From assembly GCA_001820215.1 (NCBI GenBank), contig MHOW01000011.1, forward strand, positions 13,579 through 52,255: 38,677 nucleotides of DNA. The letters run 5' to 3'. Positions 15,866 to 25,300 of the stretch are shown here, one piece after another. How positions within the stretch are numbered: position 1 is the stretch's first letter; each line of letters begins with the position of its first letter. The position numbers were made by a program, and so were the translations under genes. Under the pieces are notes generated by a model. That model did no database searches. It had not been told where the DNA came from and saw only the letters and a list, made by a program, of their open reading frames with translations. The stretch comes from Candidatus Staskawiczbacteria bacterium RIFCSPLOWO2_01_FULL_33_13 (GTDB lineage: Bacteria > Patescibacteriota > Minisyncoccia > Minisyncoccales > Staskawiczbacteraceae).

Positions 15866-16849
15866 ATGATTATCACTTATATTTTGTTTTTTGTTGGTTT
15901 TATATTGCTTATTAAAGGCGCGGATTTATTAGTTGATGGCGCCTCATCTTTAGGGAAACGACTTGGTATTTCTACGCTTATGATTGGGCTTACCATTGTT
16001 GCGTTTGGTACCTCAACCCCCGAATTAATTGTCAATATTTTTGCTAGTATTCAAGGTAATACTGATATTGCAATCGGTAATATATTGGGAAGCAATATCG
16101 CTAATATCTTACTTATTTTAGGAATTTCTGCCATTATTTATCCTTTAGCAGTCAAAAGAGGAACAGTGTGGAAAGAAATTCCCTTTAGTCTTTTAGCGGC
16201 AATAGTAGTTGCGTTTATGGTCAACGATGCTTTTATTGATAATGACTTATGGTCAGGATTAACTAGAATTGACGGTCTTATTTTAATCTCTTTCTTTGTT
16301 ATTTTTCTTTATTATGTATTTGGTATCAGTAAAGCCGATCCTACCAGTCCCAATGAAGATCTGACAAAGCAAACCGATGCAACGCCGCGTGTGTATTCGT
16401 TATGGCGTTCATATTTGATGATTGGCGGCGGTCTATTGGGGTTAGTTATTGGTGGCAAATGGATTGTTGATGGTTCGGTAATGATTGCAACCAATCTTGG
16501 AGTAAGTCAAGCGTTAATCGGCTTAACTATTGTAGCTGTGGGTACCTCTCTGCCAGAGCTTGCTACTTCGGCAGTGGCTGCCTATAAGAAAAATGTTGAT
16601 ATTGCAGTAGGCAATATTGTTGGCTCAAACATTTTTAATATTTTTTGGATTTTAGGATTGAGCGCTGTAGTACGACCATTGCCTTTTCCTCAAATCCTCA
16701 TGAGCGATGTATTTATGACTGTCATTGCCACATTACTTTTGTTTGCAGTTTTATTTGTTGGGAAAAGACATATTATTGAGCGATGGCAAGGATTTTGTTT
16801 TGTAGTCATTTATATTGGTTATATTGCATACTTAGTTATTCGTGGATAA
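15866..16849 (+). CDS. Ca2+/Na+ antiporter (CaCA family, YrbG-like)
   Basis: Two alpha-repeats, GTSTPELIVNI and GTSLPELATS. About 10 TM helices. Confidence 0.9.
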   Translation: MIITYILFFVGFILLIKGADLLVDGASSLGKRLGISTLMIGLTIVAFGTSTPELIVNIFASIQGNTDIAIGNILGSNIANILLILGISAIIYPLAVKRGTVWKEIPFSLLAAIVVAFMVNDAFIDNDLWSGLTRIDGLILISFFVIFLYYVFGISKADPTSPNEDLTKQTDATPRVYSLWRSYLMIGGGLLGLVIGGKWIVDGSVMIATNLGVSQALIGLTIVAVGTSLPELATSAVAAYKKNVDIAVGNIVGSNIFNIFWILGLSAVVRPLPFPQILMSDVFMTVIATLLLFAVLFVGKRHIIERWQGFCFVVIYIGYIAYLVIRG

Positions 16850-16878
16850 TATAATAACCTTGAATTCCCAAATGCCTT

Positions 16879-18249
16879 ATGAAAATATCTTTTTTAAAAT
16901 TTCTACTTCTTTTAATGTTGGCCATAACTGTTATTAGTCCTGTAGCCTTTGCTTCAGAAGGCGAGGGTGTTCACAATTATGCCACCACTTTTTTATTTAT
17001 AGCCATTATTTTAATGATGGCTAAACTTTCTAGTTTAATTGAACGCGTTGGTCAGCCAGCTGTTTTAGGAGAATTGTTAATCGGTGTAATTTTAGGAAAT
17101 ATGGTGCTATTGGGTATAAACTTTTTTGAACCGATTAAAGAAAATCCAATCATTATTTTTTTGGCGGAATTAGGTGTGGTGATTTTGCTTTTTCAAATTG
17201 GCCTAGAATCAAACATTCAAAAAATGAAAGCGGTCGGTTTTAGGGCTTTTTTGGTCGCTTCCGTTGGTGTTATTGCCCCTTTTATTTTAGGAACATATTT
17301 GGTCGGTCCGTGGTTAATGCCAGGACTTAATTTTAGTGCTTATCTCTTTATTGGAGCAACTTTAACTGCCACTTCTGTAGGAATTACGGCGCGTGTTTTT
17401 CGCGATTTAAATAAACTTCAAACTAGAGAAGCTCAGATTGTTTTAGGTGCAGCAGTAATAGACGATGTTCTGGGACTTATTATTTTAGCAGTAGTATCAG
17501 CTATTGTTACCGTTGGTTCGGTTGGTATTGGATTAATTACATTGATTACCGCCAAAGCGATATTATTTTTGGTGGGATCAATTATTATTGGCCAAATTGC
17601 CGCGCCGCGTTTAGGCAAACTTTTTGCTAAAATTAATACTGGTACCGGAATGAAATTTACCTTAGCTATTTCTTTCGGATTGATATTTGCTTTTTTGGCT
17701 CAGAAAATCGGTTTAGCTCCTATTATAGGTGCTTTTGCCGCCGGATTAGTTTTAGATCCGGTGCATTTTCGTTATTTTAAAGATGCTAATATTGTTAAAG
17801 ATTTAAAAGAAAATGTTAAAAATTCTGACGAGGTAACTCGCAAAAAAATATTGGGAATTTTAGAACCTCATGCCGATCGCCATATCGAAGATTTAATTGA
17901 ACCTTTGGGATTATTTTTGGTGCCGATTTTTTTCGTAGTGACCGGTATGGGGGTTAGTTTAAGCACTCTGGCAAATCTGCCAGTTCTTTTAGTTGCTTTA
18001 GGTATTACTGTTGCAGCTTTTATTGGCAAAATTGTTTCAGGGCTTGTTGCGGGAAAAGTTAATAAAGCAGTGGTTGGGTTTGGCATGATACCTCGCGGGG
18101 AAGTTGGTTTAATTTTTGCCATGACAGGCAAGAGTTTAAATGTTATTTCTGATCAAGTTTTTTCCGCCATTGTTATTATGGTTATTATAACCACTCTTTT
18201 AACGCCGCCTATTCTCACATATTTATTAAAAAGAAAAAAAATGGATTAA
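16879..18249 (+). CDS. Monovalent cation:proton antiporter (CPA2 / Kef-NapA type)
   Basis: About 12 TM helices. Typical segments: PAVLGELLIGVILG, LLFQIGLES, AAVIDDVLGLIIL. Confidence 0.85.
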   Translation: MKISFLKFLLLLMLAITVISPVAFASEGEGVHNYATTFLFIAIILMMAKLSSLIERVGQPAVLGELLIGVILGNMVLLGINFFEPIKENPIIIFLAELGVVILLFQIGLESNIQKMKAVGFRAFLVASVGVIAPFILGTYLVGPWLMPGLNFSAYLFIGATLTATSVGITARVFRDLNKLQTREAQIVLGAAVIDDVLGLIILAVVSAIVTVGSVGIGLITLITAKAILFLVGSIIIGQIAAPRLGKLFAKINTGTGMKFTLAISFGLIFAFLAQKIGLAPIIGAFAAGLVLDPVHFRYFKDANIVKDLKENVKNSDEVTRKKILGILEPHADRHIEDLIEPLGLFLVPIFFVVTGMGVSLSTLANLPVLLVALGITVAAFIGKIVSGLVAGKVNKAVVGFGMIPRGEVGLIFAMTGKSLNVISDQVFSAIVIMVIITTLLTPPILTYLLKRKKMD

Positions 18250-18269
18250 ATCCACAAAGGGATTGGCAT

Positions 18270-18298
18270 TTGACTTCTAGCAACTTAAATGCTATACT
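18270..18298 (+). promoter_or_regulatory. Sigma-70-type promoter for csp
   Basis: TTGACT (18270-18275), 17-nt spacer, TATACT (18293-18298). This leaves a leader of ~105 nt, as is usual for cold-shock genes. Confidence 0.5.
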
Positions 18299-18410
18299 TA
18301 ATATACTTATAAAGAGACGGGGTCGGGTTTCTAGAGAGTTCCTAGTTAAATAAAATCTTTTAGATTTTGTGTAATCGGGTAAAAATAAAAATAATAGTAA
18401 AAATATTTTC

Positions 18411-18608
18411 ATGACAGGTACAATTAAAACAATTACCGACAAAGGATATGGATTCATTGCTCGTGAAGGGGAAACAAAAGATCTTTTTTTCCACTCTAAC
18501 GATTTGAATGGCGTATCATACACTGAATTAAAAGTTGGAGATGCTGTTAGCTTCGATGTAGTTGAGGGCGACAAAGGCCCTAGCGCAAAGAATGTAACAA
18601 GAGTTTAA
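18411..18608 (+). CDS. csp: Cold-shock domain protein (CspA family)
   Basis: GTIKTITDKGYGFIAREGETKDLFFHSNDL...GDAVSFDVVEGDKGPSAKNV carries the RNP1 (KGYGFI) and RNP2-like (LFFH) motifs. Confidence 0.92.
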   Translation: MTGTIKTITDKGYGFIAREGETKDLFFHSNDLNGVSYTELKVGDAVSFDVVEGDKGPSAKNVTRV

Positions 18609-18622
18609 TAACTTTTAGTCAA

Positions 18623-18784
18623 TAGACCTACTGATTAAAGATTTTCCTATTGCAATTTCCATATTTTAACCAGGATTTTGTAAAAATTTCTCAACATATC
18701 CACAGGATATGTCTCAAAACTTTTCCAAAACCCTGCTCTAAAATCTGAAAATTTCATAACGGAAACCTTTAATCAGTAGGTCTA
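18623..18784. repeat. 162-bp imperfect palindrome with perfect 18-bp terminal inverted repeats, in the csp 3' region
   Basis: TAGACCTACTGATTAAAG (18623-18640) is the reverse complement of 18767-18784. Central hairpin CATATCC-ACA-GGATATG (18695-18711). Interior arms are ~70% complementary by eye. Confidence 0.6.
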
Positions 18785-18793
18785 ATAGGTATA

Positions 18794-18827
18794 ACAAAAG
18801 CCGCTTCTATATAGAAGTGGCTTTTGT
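18794..18827 (+). terminator. Intrinsic terminator after csp and the long palindrome
   Basis: ACAAAAGCCGCTTCTAT pairs with ATAGAAGTGGCTTTTGT (17 bp, one G-U). T-rich tail. Confidence 0.7.
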
Positions 18828-18915
18828 GTTATAATAATCCAAGGTATAATTTTAAAATACAGAGTAGTTAGAGGTCGACAAATTAAATAATAAAATATAA
18901 TACAATCTAAAAATT

Positions 18916-19353
18916 ATGTTTCAAGTACAAGTAAATTTTTTAGCTATATTAGTTTGTGCAGTAGTTAATATGGCACTGGGTTTTATGTGGTACGGTCCAT
19001 TATTTGGAAAAACATGGACAGATATGATGGGGTGGAGCAAAGAACAAATGGAAGCTGGTAGAATAAAAATGCAAAAAGAAGGCTGGAAAACTTATCTATT
19101 AGCATTTTTTAGTTCTTTAGTAATGGCGCTTGTATTAGCTAAATTCCTATTTTTTGCAAGTGCTTATTTTAATATGAGTGGTATTAAAATAGGTATGGTG
19201 GCGGGTTTTTGGAGTTGGCTTGGTTTTGTAGCGCCAGTTACGCTAAGTTTTGTACTATGGGAAGGTAAATCATGGAAATTATGGCTTTTGACGAATGGAT
19301 ACTATTTGCTTTCTTTATTGATTATGGGATCTATTTTGGCGGTGTGGATGTAG
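18916..19353 (+). CDS. DUF1761-like membrane protein
   Basis: NFLAILVCAVVNMALGFMWYGPLFGKTWTDMMG... matches the remembered DUF1761 N-terminal pattern. 4 TM helices. Confidence 0.7.
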   Translation: MFQVQVNFLAILVCAVVNMALGFMWYGPLFGKTWTDMMGWSKEQMEAGRIKMQKEGWKTYLLAFFSSLVMALVLAKFLFFASAYFNMSGIKIGMVAGFWSWLGFVAPVTLSFVLWEGKSWKLWLLTNGYYLLSLLIMGSILAVWM

Positions 19354-19451
19354 AATTATTAGAAATTAATATTTTTAATCTAAAATTATAAATTCAAAAT
19401 TTAAAAACAATTTAAAAGCACTAAATCTAAAACTTTTTTAAATTTATTATT

Positions 19452-19673
19452 TTGAATTTTAAATTATTTAATATGGATACTATGCAAAATAAGTGCAATT
19501 GCACTCATCATAAAACAATACCAGTATTAGTAATTTTGTTTGGTTTAGCATTCTTACTACAAGCACTAGATGTTATAAGTTCTGGATTTGTGATGATTGC
19601 CTGGCCAATAATTATTATCGCAGTAGGTGTTATGAAACTTGTCGAAAAGTCTGGGGTGTGTAAGTGTTGTTAG
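19452..19673 (+). CDS. Small two-TM protein with terminal Cys/His clusters (CNCTHH ... CKCC)
   Basis: The track start is TTG; an ATG at MDTMQNK is also possible. A strong terminator follows directly. Confidence 0.45.
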   Translation: MNFKLFNMDTMQNKCNCTHHKTIPVLVILFGLAFLLQALDVISSGFVMIAWPIIIIAVGVMKLVEKSGVCKCC

Positions 19674-19687
19674 GTTTAATCACAATC

Positions 19688-19725
19688 GTAAAAGCCCATT
19701 TTAATAAAATGGGCTTTTACTTTTT
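19688..19725 (+). terminator. Intrinsic terminator
   Basis: GTAAAAGCCCATTTTA pairs with TAAAATGGGCTTTTAC (near-perfect palindrome). TTTTT follows. Confidence 0.8.
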
Positions 19726-19777
19726 ATTCTATTTTTGTTAAAATACAATCAATTAATTTTAAATTTAAAATTTTATC

Positions 19778-20173
19778 ATGAAAGGATATATATCAAATAT
19801 TGAAAAAGAGACAGTAGAAAATAATAATTTTCGTAAAGTAATTTATACTGGTAAAAATAGTCAGTTAGTTTTTATGAGCTTAAACCCAAACGAAGATATA
19901 GGCCAGGAAGTACATCAAGTTGACCAATTTATTAGGATTGAGCATGGCAAGGGCCAAGCCATTTTAGATGGGGTTGCGTATGAAGTTGAAGATGATTTTG
20001 CCATTGTGGTTCCTGCGGGAGCAACCCATAATGTAATTAATAATGGAGATGGGCAAATGAAACTTTATACTATTTATTCTGGCCCAGAACATTTAAAAGA
20101 TACGGTTCATCTTACTAAAAAAGATGCAATGGCTGATGTAAATGATAAGTTTGACGGAGTAACAACAGAATAA
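19778..20173 (+). CDS. Cupin-fold protein
   Basis: The two-motif cupin pattern is present (EVHQVDQFIRIEHGKG ... VVPAGATHNVIN). Confidence 0.8.
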   Translation: MKGYISNIEKETVENNNFRKVIYTGKNSQLVFMSLNPNEDIGQEVHQVDQFIRIEHGKGQAILDGVAYEVEDDFAIVVPAGATHNVINNGDGQMKLYTIYSGPEHLKDTVHLTKKDAMADVNDKFDGVTTE

Positions 20174-20192
20174 ATTATCTTGAATTAAAAAA

Positions 20193-20783
20193 ATGATTTT
20201 ATCCGACAAAGATATAAAAAAATCAATAAAAGAGGGGAGAATTACTATTGATCCTCTTTTCCCAAAATCTATACAACCCGCATCAATTGATTTGCATTTG
20301 GGGGCAGATTTTTTAGTATTCAGAACTCACAGAGGTGTTTGTATTGACCCGAAAAATCCCATGGAGGACTTAATGGATAAAGTTATTATTGATAATAAAA
20401 AACAATTTATTATCCATCCTGGTGAATTTGCACTTGGAATGACTTACGAAATTATTGGTGTTGCTAATGACATGGTGGGGCGGCTTGAGGGGAAATCTTC
20501 CATTGGTAGAATGGGTTTGATTATTCATGCTACTGCTGGGTACCTTGACCCAGGCAATAGATTAAAAATGACTTTAGAGCTTCACAATGTTTCAACGCTT
20601 CCTATAAAACTTTACTATAAAATGCCTATTGCTCAAATGTCATTTACTCCGCTTTCTTCAGAAGCCGAGCACCCTTATAATAAGAAACTTTTTGGCAGTA
20701 AGTATTATGGAAACATGAAACCCAAAGCAAGTCAGTATTGGAAAAACTTCACTCAAAATAACGAATGGATTAAGTTTAAATAA
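20193..20783 (+). CDS. dcd: dCTP deaminase
   Basis: MILSDKDIKK...QPASIDLHLG...IIHPGEFALGMTYE...GRLEGKSSIGRMGL matches the trimeric dUTPase-fold Dcd family. Confidence 0.92.
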   Translation: MILSDKDIKKSIKEGRITIDPLFPKSIQPASIDLHLGADFLVFRTHRGVCIDPKNPMEDLMDKVIIDNKKQFIIHPGEFALGMTYEIIGVANDMVGRLEGKSSIGRMGLIIHATAGYLDPGNRLKMTLELHNVSTLPIKLYYKMPIAQMSFTPLSSEAEHPYNKKLFGSKYYGNMKPKASQYWKNFTQNNEWIKFK

Positions 20784-20784
20784 G

Positions 20785-21552
20785 ATGAAGATGAGATCAA
20801 ATTTATATAAATCAGATATTAAAGAACCCTTTAATGTAAGTAGGTCAAAGATCGCATTTTTTTTAGAGTGTCCCCAGTGTTTTTGGCTTGATAGAAAACT
20901 TGGCATTACAAGGCCCGATATGCCAGGGTGGTCTTTAAATAGCGCCGTAGATAATTTACTTAAAAACGAATTTGATCTTTTGCGAGAAAAAAAAGAACCT
21001 CATAGACTTATGCAGCTTTACAAAATAGATGCGGTGCCTTTTTCGCACCCCAGTTTTCATATTTGGCGAGATGATCATAATATGAAAGTTGGGGCATCTT
21101 TTTTACATAAAAAAACAAATTTAAATATTTGCGGAATTATTGATGATATTTGGATTAATAACAAAACAAACGAACTTCATATCGTGGATTATAAATCTAC
21201 GAGCACCGATTACCCAATTTCTTTAGATAGTAAATATAAAGAGGAGTATAAAAAGCAAATGGAAATATATCAGTGGATTTTTTTGCAAATGGGTTTTTCG
21301 GTTTCTAAAACAGGATATTTTTTATTCGCTAATGGAAATAAAAATCTTCCGGGATTTCATGGAAAACTTGAATTTGAAACATCTATTATTTCTTACCCGG
21401 GCGATACCTCATGGATTGAGCCCGTTATTTTAGAGATTAAAAAATGCCTTGATTCGGACGATATTCCCGAATCGGCCAAATCTTGCCAGTATTGTTCTTA
21501 TAGAAAACTTATTCAAAGCCAATCATTAAAAAATCAAATTATTTTAATTTAA
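20785..21552 (+). CDS. PD-(D/E)XK nuclease with four Cys (Cas4/AddB-nuclease-like)
   Basis: N-terminal CPQC and C-terminal CQYC. Nuclease core IIDDIW...LHIVDYKST. QMEIYQW (QxxxY) motif. The start lies 1 nt after the dcd stop. Confidence 0.75.
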   Translation: MKMRSNLYKSDIKEPFNVSRSKIAFFLECPQCFWLDRKLGITRPDMPGWSLNSAVDNLLKNEFDLLREKKEPHRLMQLYKIDAVPFSHPSFHIWRDDHNMKVGASFLHKKTNLNICGIIDDIWINNKTNELHIVDYKSTSTDYPISLDSKYKEEYKKQMEIYQWIFLQMGFSVSKTGYFLFANGNKNLPGFHGKLEFETSIISYPGDTSWIEPVILEIKKCLDSDDIPESAKSCQYCSYRKLIQSQSLKNQIILI

Positions 21553-21607
21553 AATCAATTTGTGCCATAAATACTACGATCGTGGTATTTATGGCACAAA
21601 TTGATTT
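21552..21607. repeat. Perfect 23-bp-arm palindrome (56 bp) between two genes
   Basis: AAATCAATTTGTGCCATAAATAC (21552-21574) is the reverse complement of 21585-21607. The 10-nt loop TACGATCGTG is itself palindromic. It may act as a terminator. Confidence 0.6.
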
Positions 21608-21613
21608 AAAAAC

Positions 21614-22279
21614 ATGCTTAAAGGGTTACTTTATAATGTCTATATACAACATAAGAATTTTTGGGTAAAAGATAATTTTTCATTGTTATTACAAGGAATT
21701 TTAATTTTTGGTTTAGCATTAATAGTCCAGCGCTATGCGTATGATTATGTTGACAACCGAGTTAATGGCACTCATGTGGGGGATTTATTATTGGATAATC
21801 TACCAATAGTTAATTTAGATTTTTTCATAGTTGAGGGTGCAATTATCTCAACTTTGATTGTAATATTTTTTCTTTTTACAAATCCTAAATATATTTTATT
21901 TGCAATAAAAACTTTGGCGTTATTTATTATAGTAAGATCTTTTTTTATAAGCTTAACTCATCTGGGAACCAATCTGCACCAAATAACATTAAATGCTAAT
22001 AGTATTGGCTTTAGTATTTATGATTTTTTGTATAATTCTAAAAATGACTTTTTCTTTTCGGGCCATGTAGGAGCTTCTTTTCTGTTTGCCTTGATTTTTT
22101 GGAAAGAGATATTGTATAGGAATTTATTTATTGTCATTTCAATCATTTTTGGGGTAAGTATGGTGTTGGCAAAAATGCATTATTCTATTGATATTTTTGC
22201 AGCTCCCTTTATAGTGTATGGGATTTACGAAATTTCAAAGAGGTTATTCCAAAAAGATTTTAAACTCATAAGACCTTGA
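21614..22279 (+). CDS. PAP2_C / sphingomyelin-synthase-like membrane phosphatase-fold protein
   Basis: Six hydrophobic helices. Motifs SGHVGASF and MHYSIDIF (the SGH...HYxxD pattern). Confidence 0.6.
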   Translation: MLKGLLYNVYIQHKNFWVKDNFSLLLQGILIFGLALIVQRYAYDYVDNRVNGTHVGDLLLDNLPIVNLDFFIVEGAIISTLIVIFFLFTNPKYILFAIKTLALFIIVRSFFISLTHLGTNLHQITLNANSIGFSIYDFLYNSKNDFFFSGHVGASFLFALIFWKEILYRNLFIVISIIFGVSMVLAKMHYSIDIFAAPFIVYGIYEISKRLFQKDFKLIRP

Positions 22280-22324
22280 CTCTCTATTTTTTCAGTGTAG
22301 GCTGAATTTATTAAAGGTAATTTA

Positions 22325-25300
22325 ATGGGTATGGCTTATAAATCATTCAAAAAAACAATTAAGGCACTACAAAAAACAGTAGTGTTGTTTTTAGTTTTTG
22401 TATTTTTTATAACTCCCTTGGCTCCAGTGTTTGCTGAGGTTTTAGATAGTACTCCTGCTTTTGAAACTACAGAAGCTTCAACCGAAATTTTGGTTTCATC
22501 AGACATTTTTCCAACAGTTGACCCGGTGCCTTCGGATACTTCGTCTGATGTTGCGGTTTTTTCAGATGCTTCTAGTCCAAGTCCCGTTGATTCAACTATT
22601 CCTGGCGACAAAACCGACCCAACCAGTACTTCTTACAATAAAAATTCTACATCTTCGTCCATGGGTGCTAGCACAACTAGTTCGTCGTCTTCATCTGAAG
22701 TTTCAGATTCATTTAGTACAATAAAACAGTCTATTCCAGAACCTGATCCCGCAACCGGCGCTTTGATATATAGCTATCCAATTACAGTACCCCTTGGGCG
22801 CAATGGTATGCAGCCCGATTTAAAATTACACTACAATAGTCAAAGTGCCGCTCAGGACGGTATTTTTGGTTATGGTTTTGAGGCTAATATTCCTAAAATA
22901 GAAAGAATAAATAAACATGGCGTCAATAAGCTATATGATTATAAAGATTTTAGATCTTCTTTATCAGGAGAACTTGTAAATATATCTTCCGAAGATTATG
23001 TGGCAAAAATAGAAAATGGTTCATTTTTAAAATACAAGCTAATTGATGGCGTATGGATTATTACCGACAAGAAAGGCACTTTATATAAGTTTGGACGCTT
23101 TGATTCTTCAAAAATTTATGATTTTTCAAACACAGATAAAATTTATGCGTGGTATTTAGATGAGGTTGTAGATACCAACGGCAACTCAATAAAATATTTT
23201 TATACAAAAAATGTTGCTGATAATTTTTTATATCCCGATAAGATAGTCTATACTGGTAGTGGGGCAGAGGCAGGAATTTTTTCAGTTGAATTTAAAAAAG
23301 AATTTAGACCAGATTCTTATACAAAAAATAGTACTGGTTTTACTCAAAAAATTAATGAGCGCATTAAGTCCATAGAAACATATGTCTTTGGTACATTAAG
23401 TAGAAAATATGATTTGATTTACAAAATAGGGGATAATGGCAAGCGCTCTATGCTTGAAAAAATTATTGAAAGCGGAACGGATGGGTTTGGTGTTACTACT
23501 ACATTACCATCTTTTAATTTTGCTTATACTAAAGGAGATGTTGGTTTAGTAAATACGCCTTCTATAAATTATCCAATGGTTGTTGAAGATGGAGCATCTG
23601 TGCCATTTTCATTTGCTGACAACGCAGTTAAGATTATAGACATTAATGGTGATGGATTAAAAGATATTGTAAAATCCAGCATCATTATAAAAGATGGGGT
23701 TGATCGGCCAGTCTTTTGGGTTTTAAAAAATAATGGGTCAGGATGGGTGGTGGACAATTCTTACCTTCAGCCGATGTACTCTTTTGTTAATAGTTTGGGA
23801 AATACCGTTAACGAATATTTTACTTTTTCAAACTCAATTGATGTTGGCGATTGGAATGGAGATGGTAAAGATGACTTAATTAAATTTTGGGTTGAGATTA
23901 ATGGCGCAAAAGATAAACAACACGCTGTAGTATTGCTAAATACTGGTACAGCCTGGGTGCAAAATACTAATATAACAACAGATATACCCTACACTCAAGC
24001 CGGAAGTCCAATATATGTATACTCAGGTTCCTATGGTTCACAAAATCATTTTATTGATTTAAATGGCGATGGATTGATTGACTATATTAATGCTTCAAAT
24101 TATCAACAAAACGGCATAAATTATCCAAGTTTTGCAGTTTTATATAACGATGGCGAAGATTTAAAGTGGGATGCAACAATGCCTCAACCATATGCAAAGC
24201 CAAATCTTGCTTCAGCCAGTGAGCCACTTGCATTAAGTAATAGTACAAAAATACTAGATATTAATGGAGATGGCCTTGTTGATTTTATTTTTGCAAATAA
24301 TTACCAAATTAATGGCATTGATAATCCATCTTTTTGGGTTTTGATAAATAATGGGCATGGGTGGGATCAGGATTTAACTATTACTCAGGCGCAATATATC
24401 TCTCTTGATGTGAATGATAATGCAAAAACAAATTATTTTACCAGCACCCAGGGTTGGCGTGTGGTTGATATTAATGAAGATAGTCTGCCAGATTTTATTA
24501 TGTTTGGAACAATTGATACTGGCGCAAATACCTATAAAAAAAGGAAAACGGTTTTAGTAAACACTGGCAAGGGATGGATTCAAGATGACAGCTTGATTAC
24601 TATTGGAGATTATACTTATGTAGATTCCAATGGCACGCAAACCAATTATCCTAACTCTGGCGCAGGCGATATTGTATTACTTGATATTAACGGTGACGGA
24701 CTCTTTGATATTACTCGTCCGGGTTCTTACTATCAATCAGGAGTTTTTCGGGCAAGCAACTGGACACTTTTAAATAATGGCAAAATTGCCAACACTTTGG
24801 CAAAAATTGAACTGCCCCAGGGCGGCTCTTATGATTTTTCTTATAAAATGACAAGCGCCTATAAAGATGCTTCGGGAAACTTACTGAATAATAATTTACC
24901 ATCAGCACATAATACAATTAAAAAGATAATTCAAAATGATAGCAATGGCGCCGCCTCCACAAAAGATTATGAGTATTCTGGAGGGCGCTTTTTTTACGAA
25001 AACTCTTTTAATAAGCGTTTTGCAGGATTTGAAAAAATCACCAAAATAAATCCTGTAGGAGAAAAATTTATAACATATTATCATCAGGGAAACACCACAA
25101 ATTCAACTCAGGGAGAATTTGACGACCAAGAATCTAAAATAGGAATGATTTATAGGTCTGAATTATACGATAACTCTAATAATATTTACTCTAAAAATAT
25201 ACAAAAATGGGATAGTGCTGACTTAGGCGGTGGTGTAAAATTTGTGAAATTGGCTCAAACGGTAAATTTTATACATGATGGCGAGGCTACTCATCGCGAT

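Noticed and set aside
18215-18574. 119-aa minus-strand ORF across the csp promoter, leader and gene
   Set aside because: It is antisense to an unmistakable cold-shock protein gene and its promoter, and has no motifs.
20193-20783. dCTP deaminase as a nucleotide-depletion anti-phage effector
   Set aside because: Its size (196 aa) and motifs match the housekeeping trimeric Dcd. As I recall, defence-type dCTP deaminases are larger, with extra N-terminal domains.
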